A DNA stretch of 64,000 nucleotides, taken from the NCBI GenBank assembly GCA_963706955.1, contig CAVPOC010000008.1:992001-1056000 (forward strand), read 5' to 3'. The notes beneath the pieces are model-generated. The model was given only the letters and a program-made list of their open reading frames with translations. It searched no databases and was not told the DNA's origin. The stretch is from an uncultured Verrucomicrobiae bacterium (GTDB lineage: Bacteria > Verrucomicrobiota > Verrucomicrobiia > Chthoniobacterales > Terrimicrobiaceae). The translations under genes were made by a program, and so were the position numbers. Shown piece by piece: positions 20,154 through 31,400 of the stretch. Within the stretch, counting starts at the first letter, position 1; each line of letters starts with the position of its first letter.

Positions 20154-21239
20154 CTATTCGTCGTGGAGAGCGGTCCGAACGGCCCGGCCGCTGGATTCGT
20201 GAAAGAGCGACAAACGGCGGAAAAGAAAGCGCAGCCCGACATTGTCACCGATCTCGACAGGCTCACTCGATGAAATCCGCGCTTTGACGGCGCCTTGGGG
20301 AGTATCCATCGTCAGAATCTGCGTCGTGCCGAGATATTCGACACCAGAAACGCTGCCCCGCAGGTCAGAGGCCGGATCGAGTCGGACATGTTCGGGCCGG
20401 ATACCAAGGAGAAAATTGTCTGCGGCGAAGCCTTCCCGCACTTCGGGGATTGGCACTTGGGCACCATTGACCTGCACGCTTGTGTCGCCGGGTCGCAATT
20501 CACCGTGAAACTTCAAAAAGCTCATGGGCGGCGAACCAATGAAATCCGCCACAAAGACAGACGCCGGTTTGTCGTAAACTTCCTGAGGCGGGCCGAGCTG
20601 TTCCATCACGCCCTGGTTCATGACCGCAATTCTGTCGGCCATGGCCATCGCCTCCATCTGATCGTGCGTGACATACACCGTCGTCGCGTCGATGCGATCG
20701 TGTAAGGTGCGCAGTTCGTTGATCATGAGATCGCGAAACTCCGTGTCGAGCGTGCCGAGCGGTTCGTCCATGAGGAAGGCTTTCGGGCGGCGGACGATCG
20801 CGCGACCCAACGCGACCCGCTGGCGGTCGCCGCCGGCGAGTCCGGAAACAGATTTGCTGAGCAGATGGTCGATTCGCAATAGCTGCGCCGTTTCCTCCAC
20901 TCTCTTCCGAATCTCCGAGCGGGAAAGGCCGGAACATTTAAGCGGGAAAGCGATGTTGTTGCGGGTGTTCATGTGCGGGTAGAGCGCGAACATTTGGAAA
21001 ACGAAGGCAATATCGCGCCTACCCGCCCGCTCAAATGTCACGTCCTCGCCGTCGAGCAAAATGGTGCCCGAGGTGGGCAGTTCCAATCCCGCAATCATCC
21101 GCAAGGTTGTCGTTTTGCCGCAACCGGACGGTCCCAGGAGGACGAAGAACTCGCCGTGGTGCACGGTAAAATCCGAGCCATTGACGGCGACGAAGTCGTC
21201 GAAGCGTTTGTGCAGAGCGGAAACCTGGATCGATGCCAT
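20154..21239 (-). CDS. Sugar/polyol ABC transporter ATP-binding protein
   Basis: GPSGCGKTT, LAGGDRQR, MDEPLG. Confidence 0.93.
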   Translation of the reverse strand: MASIQVSALHKRFDDFVAVNGSDFTVHHGEFFVLLGPSGCGKTTTLRMIAGLELPTSGTILLDGEDVTFERAGRRDIAFVFQMFALYPHMNTRNNIAFPLKCSGLSRSEIRKRVEETAQLLRIDHLLSKSVSGLAGGDRQRVALGRAIVRRPKAFLMDEPLGTLDTEFRDLMINELRTLHDRIDATTVYVTHDQMEAMAMADRIAVMNQGVMEQLGPPQEVYDKPASVFVADFIGSPPMSFLKFHGELRPGDTSVQVNGAQVPIPEVREGFAADNFLLGIRPEHVRLDPASDLRGSVSGVEYLGTTQILTMDTPQGAVKARISSSEPVEIGDNVGLRFLFRRLSLFHESSGRAVRTALHDE

Positions 21240-21242
21240 GCT

Positions 21243-21494
21243 TTATTCCGGAAAATGACTAACGACGATGAACATCGCCGTTCCGATCAGAATTGTAATG
21301 AACGAGTAGGCGTAGAGCGTAAGGGAGAAGGGTTGCATGAGCAGGAAGGCTCCGGCGAGGATGAGAAAGCTGGCAACATTTTCCATGCGGCCGCGGCGCA
21401 AAGGCTTTGGCCATTTCCGCCCTGCCTCCGGCGAGGCCGCCAGACTTGGAACTGCAGATAGAGACGGAGGAATATTTCGCCTCTCACGCTTCAT
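21243..21494 (-). CDS. Small 2-TM membrane protein inside the ABC operon
   Basis: Fills the gap between permease and ATPase with 3-6 nt spacers; LMQPFSLTLYAYSF..VVSHFPE. Confidence 0.75.
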   Translation of the reverse strand: MKRERRNIPPSLSAVPSLAASPEAGRKWPKPLRRGRMENVASFLILAGAFLLMQPFSLTLYAYSFITILIGTAMFIVVSHFPE

Positions 21495-21500
21495 GGCGAA

Positions 21501-22454
21501 TTACTTTCTCAGCGCTCCAAAGGTAATCCCGCGCAGGAGATTCTTGCGCAGGAGAATGGTGAAAAACACGACCGGAATCATGAACAACGTCGCGCCGGCT
21601 CCCACGGCGGGCCAATCGAGGCCGCCTTCGCCAATGATCGTGGGAATAAAGGGCGGCGCCGTCTGCGCGCGGGAGGAGGTCAGGAGGAGGGCAAAGGCAT
21701 ATTCGTTCCAGGCGAAGATCAGGCAAAAGATCGCGGTGGCGGCGATGCCGGAAAGCATTTGCGGGAGCACCACCTTCGTGAATGCCTGGAAACGGGTATA
21801 GCCATCGATCATCGCGGCCTCTTCGTACTCGCGGGGAATTTCATCGACGAAACCCTTCAGCAGCCAGACCGCCAGTGAGATGTTCACCGCCGTGTAGAGC
21901 AGGATCATCCCGAGGTGCGTATCGGATAAACCAAGTTTCCGGTACATGAGGAAAATAGGGATGGCGACGGCGATCGGCGGCATCATGCGGGTCGAGAGGA
22001 TGAAGAACATCAAGTCATCCTTCATCGGGACTTTGAATCGCGAAAATCCGTAGGCTGCAAGCGTGCCCAGGAATATGGAGAGAAAGGTCGATCCGAAGCC
22101 GATGATGGCTGAATTCCAGAAGCGTTCCGCGAAACGCGAAGGCCCCGCGATCACCATGCCGTGTGATCGCACTAGCTTGTCATACCATGTCCGCGCCGTG
22201 GGCAGGCTCGCAATATACTCGGATGTCTGACGCGTTCGCGCCGTAAAGAGATTCACGTAGCCTTCCATCGAAGGCTGGAAAAGGATCTTGGGCGGATACG
22301 CAATTGAGTCCTGGGGCGACTTGAAGCTCGTCACGAAAATCCAGAGCATCGGCACCATGGTGATCAGGGCGTATGCGATCACGACAACCGCGGCGAACCG
22401 CTTGACGACGCGGCTTGGCTCGATGGCGGACAGGTTGGGAGGTGGCTTCCTCAC
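21501..22454 (-). CDS. Carbohydrate ABC permease
   Basis: IPREYEEAAMIDG EAA loop; GTGA overlap with the upstream permease stop. Confidence 0.92.
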   Translation of the reverse strand: MRKPPPNLSAIEPSRVVKRFAAVVVIAYALITMVPMLWIFVTSFKSPQDSIAYPPKILFQPSMEGYVNLFTARTRQTSEYIASLPTARTWYDKLVRSHGMVIAGPSRFAERFWNSAIIGFGSTFLSIFLGTLAAYGFSRFKVPMKDDLMFFILSTRMMPPIAVAIPIFLMYRKLGLSDTHLGMILLYTAVNISLAVWLLKGFVDEIPREYEEAAMIDGYTRFQAFTKVVLPQMLSGIAATAIFCLIFAWNEYAFALLLTSSRAQTAPPFIPTIIGEGGLDWPAVGAGATLFMIPVVFFTILLRKNLLRGITFGALRK

Positions 22455-23422
22455 CTTTGCTTCACCCTGTTGAGAAATTTCACGTAGATATTGGCGATCC
22501 CGAACACGGTGACGAAGAGTATCACCGCGAAGGCCGATGAATAACCGGTCCGCCATTTTTCAAATGCTTCGCGCTTGAGATTGATCGACGCCAGCTCGGT
22601 GACCGATCCCGGCCCGCCGGACGTAAGATTTACCACGAGGTCGAACATCTTGAAGTTTTCGATTCCGCGGAAAAGCACGGCGAGCATCAGAAACGGTGCA
22701 ACCATCGGCAAGGTGATGGACCAGAAAGTCCGCCATGCCGAAGCGCGATCAACCTCGGCTGCTTCGTAGATGTAATCGGGAATGGATCGCAGGCCGGCCA
22801 GGCAGATCAGCATCACGTATGGAGTCCACATCCAGGTATCCACAATGATGATCGCCCAAGGCGCCAGCTTCACGTCGCCGATCATCTGGAAGGAGGACGG
22901 ATCAGCCCCGGTGATGAATGAGACGACATAATTGAAAAGCCCAATTTGCGGCTGAAAGAGAAACTTCCAGAAGTTTCCTACCACCGCCGGCGAGAGCATC
23001 ATCGGGAGGAGGATCATCGTCGTCCAGAAGGAGTGCCCGCGGAACTTGCGGTTGACCAGCCACGCCAGCGAAAATCCCAGCAGCACTTGCAGCAGGATCG
23101 TCCAGAAAAGAAAGTGCGCGGTGATCTGCAGGGCGCTCCAAATCTCCTCGTCGTGCAGAATATTGATGTAATTAAGGATTCCGACATTTTGAATTCCCTG
23201 GACCGCCCGGTTCGCCTTGAAGTTGGTGAAGGAGAGCTGAATCGACCAAATGAGCGGAAATATATTGATGACCAGCAGTAGAAGAATGGTCGGAGCAATG
23301 AAAAGCCACGCGATCATCCGGTCGGATAGACCGTGGGACCGCCGCCTGCCCGCACCACCCCTCGGTCCTGCTGGATGCCCGTCTTCCGGAGCAGAAGAAA
23401 AGCCAATGGTGGGCGCTGGCAT
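22451..23422 (-). CDS. Carbohydrate ABC permease
   Basis: LAGLRSIPDYIYEAAEVD, TSGGPG. Confidence 0.92.
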   Translation of the reverse strand: MPAPTIGFSSAPEDGHPAGPRGGAGRRRSHGLSDRMIAWLFIAPTILLLLVINIFPLIWSIQLSFTNFKANRAVQGIQNVGILNYINILHDEEIWSALQITAHFLFWTILLQVLLGFSLAWLVNRKFRGHSFWTTMILLPMMLSPAVVGNFWKFLFQPQIGLFNYVVSFITGADPSSFQMIGDVKLAPWAIIIVDTWMWTPYVMLICLAGLRSIPDYIYEAAEVDRASAWRTFWSITLPMVAPFLMLAVLFRGIENFKMFDLVVNLTSGGPGSVTELASINLKREAFEKWRTGYSSAFAVILFVTVFGIANIYVKFLNRVKQR

Positions 23423-23596
23423 TACTCGTTGGCTATGGGAGCCTGGGTTGGTTGGGGAATGCGTTTGCTGCTGAAGCCGCCAAAGCTCTTCGTGCCGGCT
23501 GACCGGTAAGAGGGGAACCCCGGACGCGGCGATTTTCTAAATTGCTCCCGCTACCCAAGGTCCCCGAAAGTCAACCCTTGCCGGCGCGGGAAGCGA

Positions 23597-24925
23597 TCAG
23601 AGCTTACCCTCTTCTTGGAATATTTTGTTCCAGTCTTCCACCAGCTTGTCCAGAGCCTCTTTGGCTGTCCCCTTGTCCGCCACAACGTAGTCGTGGATGC
23701 GACGCTGCATTGCTGAAAGTAGTTCGGCGTAGGCGGGTTCCTGCCAGAAATCCTTCACTTGGGACATGGCGGTGAGAAACTCTCCTGCGAACGGTGCGCT
23801 GGCCGAGAACTTGGGGTCGAGAAGAACACCTTTACTGCAGGTGTAGCCGCCGAGCGCCCACCACTTCTTCTGCACCTCCGGATCGACAAACCATTTTATG
23901 TATTCGAAAGCAGCATCCTTATTCTTCGAATAAGACACGACTGAGATGCCTTGTCCCCCTAGCGTCGAAGCCTTGACCTTCTGCTCGGGATTGACGAAGA
24001 AGCCGATCTTGTCTCCTCCCACAACGGGATCCTTGTAAAGTCCCGGGAAGAAGGCAAACCAGTTCATCATCATCGCCACCTGGCCCGATTTGAACGCGTC
24101 CAAGCCCTCTTGCATGTAGGCGTCGGTGTATCCGGGAGGCGTGCATTCCTTGAAAAGCTTCTTATAGAACTCCAATGCCTCCACCGCGGCCGGCGAATTC
24201 GTGAAACCATCCAACTGATACGGTTTGTTCGGATCGTCATAATTAACACCCCAGGCATAAAGTGCCGAGCTCAGCCCCAGGGTGATCCCTTCCGAGCCAC
24301 GCTCGGTGAAAATCGCCGCGCCATAGACTTTCTTGCCGTCAATTTCGCGTCCCTGAAAGAACTTCGCCACCTCGTAAAGCTCCTGCCACGTCTTTGGCGG
24401 GGCCAGTTCACGGTTATACTGGGCTTTGAACGCGTCCTTAAGCTCGGGTCTAGAGAACCAATCCTTCCGATAGGTCCAGCCATTGGCGTCGCCCATTAAC
24501 GGCACGGCCCAATAGTTCTTGGTCCCCTTCGGCCAGGTCGAGTAGCCCTCGACCGTGGGCTCTAGGAAGCTGTCCATCGAAATTCCCTCCTTCGTGAGGA
24601 AATCATTGAGCTTCACATAATGTCCATTCTCGGCCGAACCGCCAATCCACTGACTGTCGCCGATCAGCAGATCCATTCGATCGCTGTGTGAGTTCAGCTC
24701 ATTGAGCATTCGATCCGCAAAATTGGGCCACGGAACGAATTCAAACCCGACTTCAATGCCGGTTTTGGCGGTGAAGTCCTTCGACAACTCGACGAGCGCA
24801 TTCGCTGGATCCCAGGCTGCCCAGCCAATAGTGATTTTCTCTGCCCCGGCTGCAAGCGGGAGAGAACCGGCGAGAGCCATCAACGCAACCGTCAATGACT
24901 TTACGATGTTATTGAATCTGATCAT
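23597..24925 (-). CDS. Carbohydrate/polyol ABC substrate-binding protein
   Basis: Signal peptide, WAAWDPAN, GDSQWIG, family-1 SBP features. Confidence 0.9.
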   Translation of the reverse strand: MIRFNNIVKSLTVALMALAGSLPLAAGAEKITIGWAAWDPANALVELSKDFTAKTGIEVGFEFVPWPNFADRMLNELNSHSDRMDLLIGDSQWIGGSAENGHYVKLNDFLTKEGISMDSFLEPTVEGYSTWPKGTKNYWAVPLMGDANGWTYRKDWFSRPELKDAFKAQYNRELAPPKTWQELYEVAKFFQGREIDGKKVYGAAIFTERGSEGITLGLSSALYAWGVNYDDPNKPYQLDGFTNSPAAVEALEFYKKLFKECTPPGYTDAYMQEGLDAFKSGQVAMMMNWFAFFPGLYKDPVVGGDKIGFFVNPEQKVKASTLGGQGISVVSYSKNKDAAFEYIKWFVDPEVQKKWWALGGYTCSKGVLLDPKFSASAPFAGEFLTAMSQVKDFWQEPAYAELLSAMQRRIHDYVVADKGTAKEALDKLVEDWNKIFQEEGKL

Positions 24926-25125
24926 ATAAGTTCATGGGACAACGACGTGGCTGTGGGGGAAACCGCCGAACCCTTCGGGATTTTTCGCCGTTCACCCAAA
25001 CCGACTATCTGAGAAGCCCAAAAATTGCGAGCGTTTTTCTTACCTGTGCTTAGGGCGCCGGCATATTGTCCCGGAACGAGGGGAAACGCGAGTGACTGCA
25101 GGATGCCGCAGATTCCTGCGCAGCG

Positions 25126-26805
25126 TTAGTGCACGGCCGCGAGCGCGGCAAAGACTTCTGCGACGGCCACGGCGCCGGGATCAGGTACATCGGTCAGCGA
25201 GCGCGCGCTCAGGTAGGAGGAACGGCCGGCTCCCGCACGATCCATCTTCGCCGTTGCCTCGGCACCCGCACGCGCCATTTCCGCCGCGCGGGGGAGCCCC
25301 TCGCCCGCCAGCAGGGCTTTGTTGGCTGGCACAAGGGCATCGATCATGGTGCGATCTCCGACCGCGGCACCGCCATAGGTTTGCAGACTCGCAATCCCAC
25401 TCTCGAGCGCCTTCGGCCAGGCTCCGGTCTGCGCATACGCGCGACCGATTGAAGTGAGGAAAATCGAGAGAAGCACACCGCTCGATCCTCCCATGCTTCC
25501 AGCCAAGACGTCGCTCATGGCCTGGCATAGGTCCGGTGCATCTGCCAGGGGAAGATCATCGATGGACTGGAGGATTGCCTTCGCGCCGATTGCGAGTGTG
25601 GAACCGGTATCCCCGTCGCCGACCCGGGCGTCCAACTCATTCAGCCGATCTTCCAACCCAAGCAAGCACTGCGCGGATCCTACAACCAGCCGACGCATGG
25701 CACCATCTTTGGTCGCGGTAAACTCCCTCTGCTTAAGAACAGATGGGAGCTCACTAATCCGAAGCGGCGCCACTGGCCTGGCTGGGGTCCACGCCGCCGG
25801 ACTCACTGGCGCAAGGAGGCCAGCCCGTGACACTTCATCCAGCTCAAGAAGCGAGACGGAAAAACCATTCATATCGAGGGAAGTCATATACGACCCGGGC
25901 CCGATGATGAGATCGATCTGGCGCGCGAAGGAGGAACGCATTACCTCACCGGCGAGCAAACTCATCTCGAGAACTGGGACCGAGCCGAGGTTATTGAGGA
26001 GGACCGCATATCGCGCCTCTGGATTAGGCAGCCTGCTTTCCAGCCGGTGGAGAAGCGTCTCCGTCAACTCGCGCGCCGACGCCATGGGGATAAGCTCCAC
26101 GCCGGGTTCGCCGTGAATACCGAGCCCTAACTCCGCCTGGTCTCCTGCGAGCCGGAAATCGACTGGATGCCCCGGCACGCTGCAGGTGGAAAGGGAAATC
26201 CCAAGCGACCAGGTGCTACGCGCGACCTTTTCCGCCGCCGCCCGGACATCCTCAAGAGAACGCCCCTGTTCAGCAAGATAGCCGGCAATCTTATGGACGA
26301 AAAGGGTGCCGGCGATTCCGCGCGGCTGTCTCGTCCCTGGAATGGCGACGTCGTCCGACACGATGACCATGGCGACATTCTTGCCGAGGCTCTTCGCGCG
26401 CTCGACCGCCAGACCGAAATTCAGTCGATCCCCAGTATAGTTTTTGACGATGACCAGACAACCGGGTTCGCCGGTGACGCTTAGAATGCCAGCCAGAATC
26501 GCCTCGACCTGGGGCGACGCGAAAATTTCCCCGGAAACCGCGGCGGTGAGCATTCCGGCGCCAACAAATCCTGCATGCGCAGGTTCGTGCCCGGCCCCGC
26601 CGCCGGAGATCACCGCCACCCGGTCGCGCTTCCAATCGCCGCGGAGAATGACTTTTATTCGAGGATACCCGTCCAGGCGCACCCGCTCCCCGGGCCCACT
26701 GGCGTGGAGCAATCCATCCAACGCATCGGTGACAATGTTTTCGCCCTTATTGACAAACCGCTTTCCGGAACGTGAGGAGTCGCTGTCAATACGACCTGTC
26801 GCCAT
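25126..26805 (-). CDS. Dihydroxyacetone kinase, DhaK-DhaL fusion
   Basis: GGGAGHEPAHAGFVG, KNYTGDRLNF, GLGIHGEPG, GDGDTG, GRSSY, DPGA. Confidence 0.93.
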   Translation of the reverse strand: MATGRIDSDSSRSGKRFVNKGENIVTDALDGLLHASGPGERVRLDGYPRIKVILRGDWKRDRVAVISGGGAGHEPAHAGFVGAGMLTAAVSGEIFASPQVEAILAGILSVTGEPGCLVIVKNYTGDRLNFGLAVERAKSLGKNVAMVIVSDDVAIPGTRQPRGIAGTLFVHKIAGYLAEQGRSLEDVRAAAEKVARSTWSLGISLSTCSVPGHPVDFRLAGDQAELGLGIHGEPGVELIPMASARELTETLLHRLESRLPNPEARYAVLLNNLGSVPVLEMSLLAGEVMRSSFARQIDLIIGPGSYMTSLDMNGFSVSLLELDEVSRAGLLAPVSPAAWTPARPVAPLRISELPSVLKQREFTATKDGAMRRLVVGSAQCLLGLEDRLNELDARVGDGDTGSTLAIGAKAILQSIDDLPLADAPDLCQAMSDVLAGSMGGSSGVLLSIFLTSIGRAYAQTGAWPKALESGIASLQTYGGAAVGDRTMIDALVPANKALLAGEGLPRAAEMARAGAEATAKMDRAGAGRSSYLSARSLTDVPDPGAVAVAEVFAALAAVH

Positions 26806-27389
26806 ATGGGTCTAAGATTCGTAGACGGTTCTCTACAAGGTCAAGCTCGCGCAAAGTTAAGCACGCGAGGCGCGGCGAGGCGCGTGCGCTCCCCAGAGTC
26901 GACGCAAGACTGAGCCACTGAAAACTGGATGCACCAGGAGGAAAGGGTAGGATAAAACTCGAACGGTCGTTCTCAGGCAAATATTTTGGAGGACCGTTTC
27001 GGCTCTTCGCTTCCGCAGCTCGCCTCGACCTCTGCGGGATCCAACACGGTGGCGCTCCTCTTCCTCGCGCACCAATTGCGTGTACCGATGGCACAGACGG
27101 TGAATGAGGCTCGTGACTTTCGGCACGCCGATCTTTCCAAGGCCACACCGACCAGGTTATGAGCGCGGTCTTTAGTGTCGCGATGCCATTTATTAGTGGA
27201 ATGCCAGGCTTCTGTCTCTCGAGGAGATTCCAATGATAAGGCGAACGGGGGTGCTGCCGTTTATCGGTGGAATGCGGCCCTTAATCGGTGGACGGAGTGT
27301 CACGCCGCTTTGTTGACGCCTCTGTGGCCAACGAAGGCCCATTTTTTCAGCCCACCGGAGCCAGGTCAAGCCGCTGACGGAATACTAGG

Positions 27390-27604
27390 CGCTTCTTTGC
27401 TCGGCGTGCTTCTTCCAGACGCTCATTTCTCCTTCCAGGGAGCACAAAAAAATGTTCAGCGTGCTTCCCCTCCTCGACGAGCATTTCACCCGCGGGAAGC
27501 CTCCATTCTTCAGTCTCTTCGACGCAAACCTTATCTTCATCTTTCGGGCTCGCAAAGAGGGGAACCTGGCGGAGCAGGTTCATCACCGCCTTGCTGTCCG
27601 TCAT
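27390..27604 (-). pseudogene. Cyclic-nucleotide-binding domain remnant
   Basis: LRQVPLFA..LPAGEMLVEEGKHAEHFFVL, then a frameshift and truncation. Confidence 0.65.
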
Positions 27605-28462
27605 TTGTGCGATGGTAGTCAAAATCGTTCTAGGTATTGATAGCTCTCTAACAATTTTAACACGCCTTCTGCTATTTGCAGTCGATACAGGTGTCTGGCC
27701 GGTAGGGCGGTTTGTCGCATAGCAGAACGCGTCTCCCGCTGCACAGTGGCCGCATACGTGCCGGACAAATTCCGAAAATTTCCAAAATTTCTGCAAATTT
27801 GTTCTTCAACAACCCGATTGCTCTATATGGAGAGAGACGCCCCCCGACAAAACCCGGGTCCTCCCCCGGTCGACGCGTTCAAGGGTAAGCATGCTTTTTC
27901 CTGATAGTGAGAGGCGGGAAAAGTCGGCGGTTGGTGCGAGATGTTGCAGTGCATCGTTCACACCAAACCGCAAAGCCTCACCCTTATACTTGACTCGGCC
28001 TAACCATCCCCTGGGCTGCGCAAGCTCAAGCCAGCTGACCAGGGGCTTTAAAAGGCTTTGCTGTCTGATCGGCTCAAATCGGATACTCAAGCACCGTAAA
28101 AATGTCTGCGCGGCCCTACTGTGAAGCAAGAATGGGCCGATTTGAGTCTCGACAGAGCCGGCCTCTCCACGCTGGGCCGTATCACATGAAAGGCTGCGCA
28201 ACGCCTGCACATAAAACCCCCTCGATTTTCAGAGTGTTCCACTGAAGGGACAGCGCGCGAAATCAGTCGCACACAAGACAATTGTTTTGTGTGCAAATCC
28301 GGTCTCAATGTGCGATGTTCATCGCGAGGCTGTGGCCAGATTACGAACACAAGGCCGCACAGGGCGCGCCATTGCCCAGGAATTCGCCAAGCAAGTTCAC
28401 AAGATGACTTTACACACGGGTCTCGACCGACGTCAGCGGCCGGTCGATGCCGCGCGGAACGT

Positions 28463-28710
28463 CTAGGCCAGGGCCTCGGCCATTGTGCGCATCTGGACCT
28501 CAATGATGCGTGACTTGGCCGATTGGATGCAGGCCAGGAGCACTGCCGAGGCGACATCTTCGGCATCGAGCATGTCGGATTGTGCGACGCTTTGTTCGGT
28601 TCTTCCTTTTCCCAAAGCGAATTCGGTTTTGACGCCTCCTGGGCAGATCGCACCTATCTTTATTCCACTTTGACGAAGTTCCTTATCCAACGCCTGAGCA
28701 AACCCGGCGT
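28463..28710 (-). pseudogene. SDR oxidoreductase C-terminal remnant
   Basis: GFAQALDKELRQSGIKIGAICPGGVKTEF..LDAEDVA; Rossmann N-terminus absent. Confidence 0.75.
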
Positions 28711-29038
28711 AGTAAGACTTGGACATATCGCACTTAATTGGACACAACGCTTTCACCTGCTGCGTTGCATGCAAACGCCGCAAAGTAGTAGGTGCCCGGC
28801 TTCAATGATAGCCTGCGCGATTGCGAAGGTGCGACTAGGGCCGCGAGCTTGCCGATGGCACCAGCGATGCCGTCTTGGAGCGCCTTGTATCGGCTCCTAA
28901 ATGTAAGACTCTCCTTTCGCGATGTTTACCGCTTCGCGAAAAGCTGTTGTTTTGAACAACGAGTGCCGAGAGTGTAGGACGCCAAAGTCAGGGTAGCCAG
29001 TAGCGAGCCTTATTGGCTTTTGGTCGCCTATCAAAGAT

Positions 29039-29833
29039 TCAGTATGTTGCTTCAACCTCCACGTCCAGAGAGGTAGGGACGGTCAGAGTGGTTTGGTTGC
29101 TCTGAGGGTTTGCGAGTGCTCCGGTGTCTCCGGTCCACGTCTGAAAGGCTTTGCCGTTGACGCTGGCCGGCGCGGTGATGTTCACCTGTTCTCCCGGCAT
29201 GTGCTTGGTCTTCACTGTGACCGCGCGCGGCCCTTGTGTCGGGATAGGCGTCGGGACTGTCGCGACAATGATCGGCCCGGAGCGGGCTATCAGGATGAAG
29301 TCATTATTGGCGTAAAAGCGGAGTTCGTAGGTTCCCGGTACAGGGGTGCTGAAGGTCAGCGTTGCGTCCGTGATCCCTGTCGGTGGAATGGTTCTTGCGT
29401 TGGTGAGATACTTCCAATAGCCCCGCTCTACGGTGATCGGGTCTTCAATCAGGGCAAGCGTTACCCAGTCGGTGGTGTTTCCCGGCCCGTTTCGTACGAT
29501 CGCCTGAAACACCTCGTTCGGTGCGACCGCTAAGCGGCTTGCTTCTGCGGTTGGTCCGGCCGGGGTTGGCGTGGGAGTTGGTATCGGCTCGGCTTGAACA
29601 TATTGCACTTCGTTTGATGCTGCGCTTTCGCCCGCATCGTTGTACGCGAAGGCCGCGAAGTAGTACGTGCCCGGTGCTAGTCCGGTTACTTCGGTCTGGC
29701 TAGCGGTTCCGGCGTCTTGAACGACCGTGTAGACCCCTGGCTGCGTCCCGTATTTCAGCCGATACCCGCTTACAGGTGGAGGAGTTGCTGACGGATCCCA
29801 AGCGAGGATGATTGCGAGAACAAAAGGTATCAT
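29039..29833 (-). CDS. Secreted fibronectin type III domain protein with PT linkers
   Basis: LAWDPS..VSGYRLKYGT..TGLAPGTYYFAAFAYN..GES..SNEV; PTPTPTP linker. Confidence 0.8.
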   Translation of the reverse strand: MIPFVLAIILAWDPSATPPPVSGYRLKYGTQPGVYTVVQDAGTASQTEVTGLAPGTYYFAAFAYNDAGESAASNEVQYVQAEPIPTPTPTPAGPTAEASRLAVAPNEVFQAIVRNGPGNTTDWVTLALIEDPITVERGYWKYLTNARTIPPTGITDATLTFSTPVPGTYELRFYANNDFILIARSGPIIVATVPTPIPTQGPRAVTVKTKHMPGEQVNITAPASVNGKAFQTWTGDTGALANPQSNQTTLTVPTSLDVEVEATY

Positions 29834-30755
29834 TGAATTCCTACGTTGCGCGGGGGGTTCGGGTTTCCGCTGTTTTGGCGCAGCACCGTTGAGGTGTGTA
29901 CCGTGGCGTCGTAGTCCGGGTTTCCGAAAGCGGTGACCGCAAAATCAATCTTGCTTCCGACGTTCACTTGAACGTTGGGAACACTGGAGTAGCTCACCGG
30001 CATCGCAACCTCTTCATTGGTGAGGAAGAAAAGCTTTTGCGTCTCGACGATGATCTCCGCGTCTATCATCGCCATCGAAAGCATCCAGAGAACGCTAATG
30101 CGTACTGCTGAGACCATAGCCCGGGCTGAAGTCATTGCTTGGAAGCCACGCCGGCCAGCCCATTCCAGTGCCGAAGGCGATTGGTCCATTTGCATGACTA
30201 AGCAAACCGGACCGCCTCGCTCAGGATTGGGCGGAACCAAATCTTTCATCTGAGAAAGGACCTTTCCGTCAATATTGGGCGATGGCTTCGACGAAACGCC
30301 AATTAGGTGGAAGCCGGCCGCAGCAAAGGCGGCACAGAACTAGCGTGATGCCTCTTCTCCCGAAAACGGCAGCCGCTAAGCGGTCCAGGAGCACAAGCGA
30401 GCCCGACCCTTGTTAAATAATATACGGTCAAGCCGGACCGGCATGCTGGATGCGAATACTGGATTGGAATCGTCGGTCACTTAGTCTGCAAAATCGAGGG
30501 GCTTCCATCCTGTGAGTTCATAGGAGGCAACTAGAATGCTAATCACACGGGCTCCCTTACGCAAATGTAATGTGATAAAGCCTATTATAATTTTCAGGAA
30601 TGGGACGGGGACGTTACGAATGGACCAAAAAGAGGTCCATCCATTCTCGACAACTCTAATTGTTTATACTGAGGGCGAGATAGCCGCTAAGTCATCTCGC
30701 AAGAGGGCACGTGCGTGTCGTATGAAATTGGGTGGTTCAGTCTATTTTTCGCAGC

Positions 30756-31400
30756 TAGTGCAACGTATCAGATGAAACAGCTACGCTGCGATTCGATTGG
30801 TTGGGTTCGCGTAGGTCCATCGAAGGGGAGTGGCAGTCTTATTGTAGGCTTTGACGTAGCGCATGAGTTTGCGACGCAGGTCGGCCACGGATGCGAAGAC
30901 TCCACGGGCATCACGTGGCGCTGGACTTTGGAGAACCAATTTTCGACTTGGTGGAGCCAGGAACGATAAGTGGGCGTGTAATGCAGCGACAGTTTTGGGT
31001 GGTCGGCCAGGAAGCGCTCCACGAGCTTGGTTTTGTGGGCGGAGAGGTTGTCCACGATAAGATGGATTTCCTTGCCGGAGGGTTGTGTGGCGACGACTTC
31101 TTGGAGAAAGCGGACGAACTCCTGGCTGGGGTGGCGGCTGGCAGTGCTTCCGATGAGCTGGCCGCTGCTGGTCTCCAGGGCGGAATAAAGGGAGCGGGTG
31201 CCGTGACGGAAATACTCAAACCCATGACGCTCGGCCCGTCCCGGAGAGCGGCAGCACGGGATCGAGCCGGTCGAGGGCCTGGATGGCGCTCTTTTCGTCC
31301 ACGCAGAAGACGGCGGCATGGGCAGGCGGGGCCAGATACAGTCCAATGATCTCGGCGGCTTTCGCTTCGAAATCCCGAGTTCGTCGGTCTTCAAACTCAT
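30756..31400 (-). mobile_element. IS630-family transposase, frameshifted and 5'-truncated
   Basis: AAEIIGLYLAPPAHAAVFCVDEKSAIQALDR, HGFEYFRHGT, IVDNLSAHKT, TPTY..WL..VENWF; CTAG at the end. Confidence 0.85.
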
